Positions 49,784 through 57,789 of a DNA stretch of 64,000 nucleotides are shown here, piece by piece. The DNA comes from an uncultured Thermotogae bacterium (GTDB taxonomy: Bacteria; Bipolaricaulota; Bipolaricaulia; RBG-16-55-9; DRXL01). The notes below the pieces were generated by a model. That model worked only from the letters and a program-made list of their open reading frames with translations, did not search any database and was not told where the DNA came from. The first letter of the stretch is position 1. Each line of letters begins with the position of its first letter. The position numbers and the translations under genes were made by a program. The stretch is taken from positions 52,618 through 116,617 of the forward strand of contig CAYYOG010000001.1 in assembly GCA_964473325.1 (NCBI GenBank). The letters are read 5' to 3'.

Positions 49784-50625
49784 TGGAGCTTTTTGAGCAC
49801 TTCCTCGCTGATCTTGAAACTGTGCTCTTCGGTAGTGGGGAATTTCCCAGACTTCACTTCGTTAAGAAACTCTTTGGCAGCGCGCTCGATCTCTTCGGCT
49901 ACATGCGCGTAGCGCTTGGAGAACTTCGGGGAGATCCCCAAGGAGAACCCGATCATATCCGTTACGACGAGCACCTGGCCGTCGCAATAGGGCCCCGCGC
50001 CAATCCCGATCGTTGGGACCTTGACGCGCTCCGTGATCAGCTGCGCTAATGCCCACGGGACGGCCTCCAGCACAAGCGAGAAGACCCCGGCTTCTTCTAA
50101 GACTTTCGCATCGTTGAGAAGCTTGCGCGCGGTCTCTTCATCGCGCCCTTGGACTTTGAGCCCACCAAGCTGAGCTGCGCGTTGCGGCGTCAGCCCGATA
50201 TGCCCCATGACGGGAATACCGCGCCGCACCAAGAGACTGATAATATCGGCCATCTCAGCCCCACCTTCGAGCTTGACAGCCTCCGCACCCCCTTCTTTCA
50301 GAAAGCGCCCAGCGTTCGCTAGAGCTTGCTCAGCCGAGACCTGATACGACAGAAACGGCATATCCCCAACGAGCAAAGCACGCTTCACCCCGCGCCGCAC
50401 AGCTTTCGTGTGATGGATCATCTCGTCCATCGTTACAGGAATAGTATCAGAATATCCCAAGATATTATTGCCCACAGAATCGCCCACTAAGAGAATCTCA
50501 ATACCGGCGCGATCTAATAAGAGAGCTGTGGGCCAATCATACGCCGTGAGCATGGTGATCTTCTCCCCGGCTTCCTTCATGGCACGTAGCTTGGGAATAG
50601 TGATCTTCTCGTCCATAAATATCAT
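49780..50625 (-). CDS. panB: 3-methyl-2-oxobutanoate hydroxymethyltransferase
   Basis: KPHMT sequence (LTAYDWPTALL ... VGDSVGN ... VKLEGG). 4-bp overlap with panE. Confidence 0.9.
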   Translation of the reverse strand: MIFMDEKITIPKLRAMKEAGEKITMLTAYDWPTALLLDRAGIEILLVGDSVGNNILGYSDTIPVTMDEMIHHTKAVRRGVKRALLVGDMPFLSYQVSAEQALANAGRFLKEGGAEAVKLEGGAEMADIISLLVRRGIPVMGHIGLTPQRAAQLGGLKVQGRDEETARKLLNDAKVLEEAGVFSLVLEAVPWALAQLITERVKVPTIGIGAGPYCDGQVLVVTDMIGFSLGISPKFSKRYAHVAEEIERAAKEFLNEVKSGKFPTTEEHSFKISEEVLKKLQ

Positions 50626-50739
50626 TTGATCATAACAAGAGTCGCTGGAGGCGTCAAGCTTGCACGCGGGGGCCTCTATGTGCTAGAATCATTGTGTAAC
50701 GGAGTCCGTCCCCTACGGGAGAGGCGGCAGCCATTCTCT

Positions 50740-51192
50740 ATGTACAAAGACCTGGACCGACGCATTATAGAATATCTGCAGAAGGACGGGCGAGCGAGCC
50801 TGCGCCAGATCGCCCGGCATCTGCGGGTCTCCACCGCGACCGTCAGCCATCGGCTGCGCGAACTGGAGCTCCAAGGGGTCATCCGAGGCTACAAAGCCCT
50901 CGTCGACTACGAAAAATTGGGCTACCCCATCACAACGGTGACGCTCATCAAAGCGCGGGGAAATCAGATCCCATCTATCGTCGCAGAGCTGCAAAAGAAC
51001 GATGAGCACTTAACGCACGTCTACGAGATCACCGGGGAGTTTGATATCTTAGTCATCGGGAAGTTCCGTGACCAAGAGAGCATGAACCAAGAGATCAAAA
51101 GGCTCTTAAGTCATCCGGCCATCGAGCGGACCAACACGAGCATCGTTCTTGCCGTAGCTAAGGAAGAGGCGCCTATCGGGGCGCTGCAATAA
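50740..51192 (+). CDS. Lrp/AsnC-family transcriptional regulator
   Basis: Start refined to MYKDLDRRIIEYLQKDGRASLRQIA. HTH plus RAM domain. Confidence 0.75.
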   Translation: MYKDLDRRIIEYLQKDGRASLRQIARHLRVSTATVSHRLRELELQGVIRGYKALVDYEKLGYPITTVTLIKARGNQIPSIVAELQKNDEHLTHVYEITGEFDILVIGKFRDQESMNQEIKRLLSHPAIERTNTSIVLAVAKEEAPIGALQ

Positions 51193-51236
51193 TTGACGGA
51201 CAGGAGGGGACTTGCTTATAATAAGAGACACTGCAC

Positions 51237-51926
51237 ATGGTGGTGAGAGGGATGGTTGAGCTCAAAGATTTTAAGATCTTTTCAGATCTGAGCCCCAAGG
51301 ACCTCAGCGAGCTGGAAAGCAAGATACGGAAGATCAAGTACGGTCGTGGCGAGATCATCTTTCAAGAGGGCGCGCCGGCATTCGGGTTCTATCTGGTCTT
51401 TGAGGGGCAAGTGAAGCTGGTCAAGCGCACACTGGGGGGCAAGAAACAGATTCTTAAATTAGTTGGCCCCGGCGAGATCATCGGCGAGACGACGCTCTTC
51501 GATAAGGGCGTACACATCGCGTACGCGAAGACCCTCAACAAGACGGTCGTAGGGTTTTTGGAGCGCGGCGACTTCTTCGACTTCTTGATCCGTCACCCGC
51601 CGGTGGTCTTCCGGCTCTTTGAGAAGCTCAGCGAGGAGCTCAAAGCGTTCCAGTGTAAATTGGCCGAGCGCAGCTACAACGGCAGCAAGGAGCGGCTCGC
51701 CCGAATTATTTTGAAACTTGGGGAGAGCGGGATCGAGCTCTCACGGACGGAGCTCGCCGAGATGGCCGGAGTCAGCTCCAAGACGGCGATCCGAACGCTG
51801 GGGGAGCTGGAAGAGCGCGGTGTCATCGCTGTCGACGACCGCAAAGTGACCGTGCTCGACCATAAATCGCTGGAAGCGATGGCTGAGCCCTTCCCATTCC
51901 GCCTCAGTGATAACTTAATTATTTGA
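51237..51926 (+). CDS. Crp/Fnr-family transcriptional regulator
   Basis: cNMP-binding domain (GEIIFQEGA ... FYLVFEGQVKL) and C-terminal HTH (RTELAEMAGVSSKTAIRTL). Confidence 0.75.
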   Translation: MVVRGMVELKDFKIFSDLSPKDLSELESKIRKIKYGRGEIIFQEGAPAFGFYLVFEGQVKLVKRTLGGKKQILKLVGPGEIIGETTLFDKGVHIAYAKTLNKTVVGFLERGDFFDFLIRHPPVVFRLFEKLSEELKAFQCKLAERSYNGSKERLARIILKLGESGIELSRTELAEMAGVSSKTAIRTLGELEERGVIAVDDRKVTVLDHKSLEAMAEPFPFRLSDNLII

Positions 51927-52039
51927 GGGTATCTACGGAGAGGGTCAACCTTCGCCTAGGGATGGGACAGGTGTCCTTTCACCAACACCCCGCGGGAAGT
52001 AGACTCAACATCAGCCTGAGGCGCTCTGGCAAGGCATAT

Positions 52040-53851
52040 ATGAGTGGGCTCACGCGCGTTCTCGTTATCGTGGTCCTGTATGGTGTAGCTGTCTTTTTCT
52101 TGTTGGGGTTAGGATATTATCGGGGAATAGAGGTGCTAATGGTGCTGAGTCTTCCCGTGCTGTTGAGCAGCTGGTTTTTCGGCCTCGCCGGTGGGGTGTT
52201 CAGTGGGGCGACAAGCTTGGTCTGCTCAGCACTCTTTCTCCCAGATAAATTGCTCCCTATAGCTGGAGTGTGCTATTTCGCCGTTGGCGGAGGGGTAGGA
52301 CTGTGGCGCCGGCTGAAGTACCCGCCAGCGGCAAAGAAGACAAAAGCAGCTGAGCACCATTTCTTCAAGCGCTCTTTGAGCTTCGCATATATGATCGATG
52401 CAGAGGGCCACATCATAGAGAGCAACGATCGCGCTATGGAGGTCTTCGGGGCGCCTCGGCGGGTCTGGGAGTTTATCCATCCCGACGACCAAGCACGCTT
52501 CCGCGAGGAACTGGGTCGGGCGGCCCTGCGCGGCGAGGCCGGCCCAACAAAATTGCGTACCATCTCCCAGCGCAAAGAGCTGATCCCCGTCGAGCTCAAG
52601 CTTGTGCGCCTGGAGCAGAATCGCCTGGCACGCTTAGCCCTGGAGATGCGCGATCTGTCAGCCCTCGCAGAGCTAGAAAACAAAGTCCGCGAGGCCCAAG
52701 CGCGCTATCGCTATCTTATCGAAGATGCTATCGACACCCTCAACACGGGGATTCTACTTTTGGATAAGGATCAGCGGGTCATCTGGGCCAATCGCACCCT
52801 CGAGAGATTTCTCGATCTCGACCGGGATGATATGATCGGCCGTGAGGTACGCCGCGCTCTATGGGCGGCAAAACACGCCCTATCCCAACCCGATGACTTC
52901 GAGAAGATCACCACGGGGTCCGCGGAGCCGTTCATCTTCACCGTGCAGACGAACAATGGTGAACGCATCTTAGAATATCGCAGTATCCCTGTGGCAACCG
53001 AGCGCTACAAGGGCGGGCGCATCGATCACTTCATCGACATCACAGAGAAGAAACGCCTCGAACAAAGCCTCCACGAGAAGACCAAGCGCCTCGAAGAGAA
53101 GAACCAACAATTAGAAGAGTTTACGCGCGTCGTCTCCCATGACCTCAAAGAGCCCCTTAGAACGATGTCTGCCTTTAGTCAGTATCTGCTTGAGGACTAC
53201 TACGAGAAGCTCGACGATGAAGGCAAGGACCATCTGAATAGAATTCATCGTGCTAGCCTGCGTATGCAAAATCTCATTGACGATCTGCTCCGGCTCAGCA
53301 GAATTGGGACGTGCCAAGAGACGCTCGAGAAGGTCTATCTCAGTGAGGTCTTCGAGCAGATCAAAGAAGATATGAAAGCGCGTCTCGAGAACGTGGACCT
53401 GCGCTTACCCAAGACGATGCCCATCATTGTCGCGAATCGCACTCGCATGGTCGAGCTCTTTGGAAACTTGATCTCCAATGCGATCAAATATAACGACAAG
53501 CCCCAGAAGCGCATCGAGATCGGCTGGTCGCAGCAGGGGGAGTTCTATAAGTTCTACGTGCGTGACAATGGTATCGGCATCGAAGAGCAATACCTAGAGA
53601 AGGTCTTTGAGCTCTTTGAGCGGCTCAACCCGCGCGGAGATGACTACGAGAGCACCGGGGCGGGCCTAACTATATGCAAACGGATCGTCGAAGAATACGG
53701 CGGACGCATCTGGGTGGAGTCCAAAGTTGGCGAGGGGAGCACGTTCTATTTCACGCTGCCCAACCCGCGCTTCTCCCAGAAGCTCAGCAGCAACGGCAAG
53801 AGCGCTCTCAGTGAAGCGGCGCTGGTACAGCATGGAAGCACTTTGAGGTGA
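52040..53851 (+). CDS. PAS-domain sensor histidine kinase
   Basis: Start taken at MSGLTRVLVIVVLYG (membrane N-terminus). A TTG start at 51923 is the alternative. H-box HDLKEPLRTM and HATPase_c motifs (NAIKYN ... DNGIGI ... GAGLTI). Confidence 0.7.
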   Translation: MSGLTRVLVIVVLYGVAVFFLLGLGYYRGIEVLMVLSLPVLLSSWFFGLAGGVFSGATSLVCSALFLPDKLLPIAGVCYFAVGGGVGLWRRLKYPPAAKKTKAAEHHFFKRSLSFAYMIDAEGHIIESNDRAMEVFGAPRRVWEFIHPDDQARFREELGRAALRGEAGPTKLRTISQRKELIPVELKLVRLEQNRLARLALEMRDLSALAELENKVREAQARYRYLIEDAIDTLNTGILLLDKDQRVIWANRTLERFLDLDRDDMIGREVRRALWAAKHALSQPDDFEKITTGSAEPFIFTVQTNNGERILEYRSIPVATERYKGGRIDHFIDITEKKRLEQSLHEKTKRLEEKNQQLEEFTRVVSHDLKEPLRTMSAFSQYLLEDYYEKLDDEGKDHLNRIHRASLRMQNLIDDLLRLSRIGTCQETLEKVYLSEVFEQIKEDMKARLENVDLRLPKTMPIIVANRTRMVELFGNLISNAIKYNDKPQKRIEIGWSQQGEFYKFYVRDNGIGIEEQYLEKVFELFERLNPRGDDYESTGAGLTICKRIVEEYGGRIWVESKVGEGSTFYFTLPNPRFSQKLSSNGKSALSEAALVQHGSTLR

Positions 53852-53854
53852 GCT

Positions 53855-54286
53855 ATGCGCAACAGAAAACTCAAAATACTCTTGGTCGAGGACAACCCCG
53901 ACGATGTGAAGATCGCGGAGCGGTCGCTGAAGAAGGGCAACGTGCAGAGCGATCTCTACGTTGTGCAAGACGGGCAGGAGGCGCTCGATTTTCTCCGAAA
54001 GAAGGGGAAGTTCGCTGACGCGCCCAGGCCCGATCTCATCTTTTTGGATCTGAATCTGCCCAAGCTCAGCGGCCACGAAGTCTTAGCGCAAATCCGCCAG
54101 GACCCAAACTTAAAGCGCATTCCCGTCATCGTGCTCACGGTCTCCAAGCGCGAGGAAGATATCGTCAAGGCCTATAATTCTGGGGCCAGCGGCTACATCC
54201 CCAAGCCCCCAAGTACCACCGAGTTCATCAAAGTTATTAATACGGTGCTTGATTACTGGGAGGTCTCGGAGCTACCGCCGTCGTAA
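53855..54286 (+). CDS. single-domain response regulator (CheY-like receiver)
   Basis: KILLVEDNPDD, phosphoacceptor Asp (LIFLDLNLP) and conserved Lys (YIPKP). No output domain. Confidence 0.8.
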   Translation: MRNRKLKILLVEDNPDDVKIAERSLKKGNVQSDLYVVQDGQEALDFLRKKGKFADAPRPDLIFLDLNLPKLSGHEVLAQIRQDPNLKRIPVIVLTVSKREEDIVKAYNSGASGYIPKPPSTTEFIKVINTVLDYWEVSELPPS

Positions 54287-54344
54287 CTTTCACGAGATTT
54301 TCACGCAGCGGTCATCTCTTTTAGACAGGGATTTTTCTATACTC

Positions 54345-54750
54345 AAGAAGGGTGTCCCCACGATCAGGGGACAGGAGACACTCAGAGCTCTGACGAAATC
54401 TCTTCAAGCAGCAGACGGAAGTCCTTGGGATCCCGCGGGAAAGGGAATAGAGTGGTCAGCGATGATCGCTCACAGGAAGAATCGACAGAGCAGAGTCCGT
54501 GGCATGGTGCCAGCCAAGGGAGCGGGTTTACGGCCCGACGGACCAGGGTTTTGCCGCGTCGCTCCTGCCAACCTCCTTCGGCGCGGATTTTTCCCCAGTC
54601 TGGACTTGGCCGGGGTTCGAGTCCCCACGGGCGAGGGAAACCTGGGTTCTTCCTGCGGTCGTAGGGGCACCCTCCTCCGGGGCGCTCCTATGGCCGGTGG
54701 TTGCTAACCTCATTCCCCGGGAAGGCGGGATCAACCCCTCCCGCCTTCCC
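54345..54750 (+). ncRNA. candidate structured RNA in a 540-bp gene-free interval, with RNase P RNA-like motifs
   Basis: No credible ORF here; only Arg/Pro/Gly-rich shadow ORFs. Hairpin GUCCCC-ACGAUCA-GGGGAC. GACGGAAGUCC resembles CR-I GAGGAAAGUCC. AGUCCGUGGCA and UACGGCCCG match E. coli M1 RNA segments. AAGUCCUUGGG can pair with CCCAG-UCU-GGACUU 180 nt downstream (P4-like). A 12-bp hairpin at 54718-54750 closes the region. Confidence 0.25.
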
Positions 54751-54828
54751 TCCCTGCCTCCTCCTCACTGAAATTGCTCCGCGCTGCCCAGTGCTATATA
54801 ATTGCACTGTGGAGGACTGACCGAGAGT

Positions 54829-55311
54829 ATGTTTAAGACAGCGCGGTTCTACAGCCCCACGATGGGCAAGCTTACTTTTAGTCAGGTCATAGATGAGATC
54901 GTGCGCATCATGGAAGAAGATCCCTATACGCGCTACGAGATCATGGTGGGGAGCGATTCTCATTCTAGCCCCGGCGAGATGGACTTCGTCACGGCTATTA
55001 TCATCCATCGCGTGGGCAAGGGCGGACGATATTTTTGGAAGCGCATTCGCGAACGCAATATCTATACGCTACGGCAGAAGATCTACAGGGAAGCGTTGCT
55101 CAGCTTCGAGCTCGCAAAAGCTCTTATGGAGGAGCTAGAGCGACGCACCATGCTCGATTATAACTTAGAGATTCACGTGGACGTGGGGCACAACGGGCGC
55201 ACCAGAGAATTGATCGACGAAGTCGTGGGGATGATCATGGCCAGCGGCTTCCCCGTCAAGACTAAGCCCGAGTCCTACGCGGCTTCTTGTGTCGCCGATA
55301 AGCACGCGTAA
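54829..55311 (+). CDS. YkuK-family (RNase H-like, DUF458) protein
   Basis: MVGSDSHSS ... MDFVTAIIIHRVGKGGRYFW resembles the YkuK family. Start refined to MFKTARFY. Confidence 0.4.
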   Translation: MFKTARFYSPTMGKLTFSQVIDEIVRIMEEDPYTRYEIMVGSDSHSSPGEMDFVTAIIIHRVGKGGRYFWKRIRERNIYTLRQKIYREALLSFELAKALMEELERRTMLDYNLEIHVDVGHNGRTRELIDEVVGMIMASGFPVKTKPESYAASCVADKHA

Positions 55312-55778
55312 TGCCTGATTTCACTCCCAGTCCCTCTCCCGTGCAGGGGGAGGAATTTATCTCAACAAGCGCTGAGGAGACACGCCGTCTTGCAGCGCAG
55401 CTTGCGGCAGAGCTCAAGCCCGGTAATTGTGTCTTGCTCATCGGGGAACTTGGGGTCGGTAAGACGACCTTCGTGCAGGGGCTTGCTCAAGGGCTAGGGA
55501 TCACCGAGATAGTGCGCTCGCCAACGTTCATTCTCATGCGCGAATATCACGGGAGAATCCCGCTCTATCACTTCGACGCGTATAGAATCAAAAATTTAGA
55601 TGAGCTGCGCGAGATCGGCTTCGAAGACACCGTGCGCGCTGAAGGGATTACCGTTATCGAGTGGGGGGAGAAGACGGAAAAATTGCTGCCTCAGGGGTGC
55701 TGGCGCGTCTATATAGAGCTTCTGCCCGATCAGAGACGACGAATTTGCGTCGAGCGCCCTTACGCGCCCAGTACGTAA
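55311..55778 (+). CDS. tsaE: tRNA threonylcarbamoyladenosine biosynthesis ATPase TsaE
   Basis: Walker A motif GELGVGKTTFVQGL and SPTFILMREY. 155 aa. Confidence 0.8.
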   Translation: MPDFTPSPSPVQGEEFISTSAEETRRLAAQLAAELKPGNCVLLIGELGVGKTTFVQGLAQGLGITEIVRSPTFILMREYHGRIPLYHFDAYRIKNLDELREIGFEDTVRAEGITVIEWGEKTEKLLPQGCWRVYIELLPDQRRRICVERPYAPST

Positions 55779-57043
55779 AGCCCGCTGTTATTGTTCCCGA
55801 TAATAATCTCCAGATACCCGTCTCCGTCGAGGTCGGCGAGCGTCGGCGAGGAAAAGAACTGCGCGGCAGCTCTCGGACGATAACCCCACTTGCGGGCGCC
55901 GCTGCGCCCGTCAAGACAATAGAGATTGCCGTCGTGCGAGCCAATTACAACTTCGAGCTTGCCGTCGCCGTCAATATCGGCAATCGCTGGAGAAGACTCG
56001 ACGATATCGTGGGTGGGGAAGCTCCATTTCAATTTTCCGTCTAGGCCAGCGAGCGCGAGCACTCTCTGGTCGTTAATCCCGATGGCGACTTCGAGTTTGC
56101 CATCCCCGTCGAGATCGCCGATCGCGGGCGACGAAGGGATGCGCTCGCGACTCGCTTCAAAGAACCATCGCTGTTGACCCGTGCGCCCATCTATACAAAA
56201 TACGCCGCGCTTGCTGGAGCCAACGATGACTTCGAGTCTTCCGTTGCCGTCGAGGTCGCCAATCGCCGGCGACGACTCCACTGGGCCACCAGTATTAAAG
56301 CCCCATTTTGCTATACCTGTGCGCCCATCGAGCGCATAGAGCTTTCCATCCAAAGAGCCAATGACGACTTCGAGTTTGCTGTCGCCGTCTATATCTGCGA
56401 CAGCTGGTGAAGAGCGTGCGGGAAAATCGGGTAAGAATCTCCATTTCACTGATCCCATGCGCCCATCAAACGCATAGACGCGCTCCGAGCCCACGATTAC
56501 TTCGGATTTCCCGTCGCCGTCTACGTCAGCGATTGCTGGAGATGAGAGAATGCCATCTTCGGTGAGAAATGTCCATTTGGGTCGCCCAGTTCGCCCATCA
56601 AGCAGCGCAAAGCTCTTGTCCTGGGAGCCGATAGCAACTTCTAAGCGCCCGTCACCATCGGCGTCAGCAATTGCCGGGGAAGAATAGACCCAGCTTTTCG
56701 TCTTGTAGCGCCATTTGAGGACCCCGGTGCGCCCATGATACGCATAGAGATTACCGTCGTAGGATCCGACGACGATTTCTAAGACGCCGTCGCCGTCTAT
56801 ATCCCCCACAGCTGCAGAAGACTCAACGAGACCACGCGTGAAGGCACTCCAACGCTCCTTGGGAACCGTAATCTTGCTCGTTTTGACAGCCCGCCCCGTA
56901 TGGAAGAGATCGCGGCGGAACATGGGCCAATCGCTTGCGAGTGTCTGGGCCTGTGCAAGCGCGTTCCTTTCTCGTAGGAGCATCGGCGCTGTGAGCAGGG
57001 CAGCGCAGCTCGCTCTGATAAAATCACGGCGCGACAGCGTCAT
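55760..57043 (-). CDS. Tat-secreted FG-GAP/VCBS-repeat beta-propeller protein
   Basis: Twin-arginine signal MTLSRRDFIRASCAALL. Seven or more repeats of the DxDGDGxLEVxxGS type. Confidence 0.65.
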   Translation of the reverse strand: MTLSRRDFIRASCAALLTAPMLLRERNALAQAQTLASDWPMFRRDLFHTGRAVKTSKITVPKERWSAFTRGLVESSAAVGDIDGDGVLEIVVGSYDGNLYAYHGRTGVLKWRYKTKSWVYSSPAIADADGDGRLEVAIGSQDKSFALLDGRTGRPKWTFLTEDGILSSPAIADVDGDGKSEVIVGSERVYAFDGRMGSVKWRFLPDFPARSSPAVADIDGDSKLEVVIGSLDGKLYALDGRTGIAKWGFNTGGPVESSPAIGDLDGNGRLEVIVGSSKRGVFCIDGRTGQQRWFFEASRERIPSSPAIGDLDGDGKLEVAIGINDQRVLALAGLDGKLKWSFPTHDIVESSPAIADIDGDGKLEVVIGSHDGNLYCLDGRSGARKWGYRPRAAAQFFSSPTLADLDGDGYLEIIIGNNNSGLYVLGA

Positions 57044-57205
57044 ACAACCTCCTTGTGACACATTACTTTAGCACACTCAGCACACGCGGGCAAGGAATGG
57101 GGAAGAGTCTCGCTTCAGATTTGCGTTTTTGCGATTTTTGAGTAATATGAAACAAGGGCGAAGTGACGATATGCCAAATCTGATCAGAGAAAGGGACGAT
57201 TTGGG

Positions 57206-57709
57206 GTGATCTACAAGACGCGCAAACGCTACCGGGGAGAGCCGATCTGTACCGATCCCACGGCTGACCCTCGCGAGAACGAGACGGCGTTGCACTTTAC
57301 CTCAGGGGATCGGCGATTATGGATTTCGAGCTATGAGCCGACGGTCATTGCGGGGCTTTTAGCACATCCTGACTTTCAGATTGAGCATTTAATCTTTATG
57401 CGGGCCAACGGACGGGAGAGCGTCGTTGGGGTAATCGGGAAGCTCCCTGTGGGGGCGCTCTCGATTGGGCGAGCGCGTCAGTCGGATAGCCATGAATTAA
57501 TCATAAAAACCCACTGGAGGGCAGCCGACTCGCAGCTTTCAGGGTCCCAGCAGTTTAAGCTGAAGTTGGCTAGGAGAACTAGACCGCGTGAGATTAAGCG
57601 TTTCCCTAGGGATCGTAAATCAAGAGCTTCAACCAAGAAGGGTCGCGTGCGCTCTAAACGTCAGGCAAGCGCACGCCGTCCGCGCAAGCGTGGTCAGCGA
57701 AAGCGTTGA
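57206..57709 (+). CDS. hypothetical protein with a highly basic C-terminal tail
   Basis: GTG start after an AAAGGGA RBS. The C-terminal ~45 aa are rich in Arg/Lys (RKSRASTKKGRVRSKRQASARRPRKRGQRKR). Confidence 0.3.
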   Translation: MIYKTRKRYRGEPICTDPTADPRENETALHFTSGDRRLWISSYEPTVIAGLLAHPDFQIEHLIFMRANGRESVVGVIGKLPVGALSIGRARQSDSHELIIKTHWRAADSQLSGSQQFKLKLARRTRPREIKRFPRDRKSRASTKKGRVRSKRQASARRPRKRGQRKR

Positions 57710-57789
57710 ATGTGATATGCATTATCGTTCTAGGGAATCACAGCTGGTATAATACTTCTTGAGCGATCTGGCTTCACAAAGGAGGTCTT

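Noticed and set aside
51923-52039. TTG start at 51923 for the histidine kinase
   Set aside because: The encoded N-terminal 39 residues are polar with no signal or TM character. The ATG at 52040 begins the membrane domain, but the upstream start cannot be excluded.
54611-54640. tRNA or tmRNA suggested by the GGGGTTCGAGTCCCC T-arm-like motif
   Set aside because: No complementary acceptor-stem partner for the 7 nt following the T-arm could be found, and there is no CCA. No tmRNA tag-reading frame ending in ...ALAA-stop was found in 54300-54760. It is kept only as part of the generic structured-RNA candidate.
54249-55008. Several 60-150-aa ORFs tiling the 54.3-54.8 kb interval on both strands
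   Set aside because: They overlap one another, are Arg/Pro/Gly-rich and lack an RBS. The region is better explained as non-coding structured RNA.
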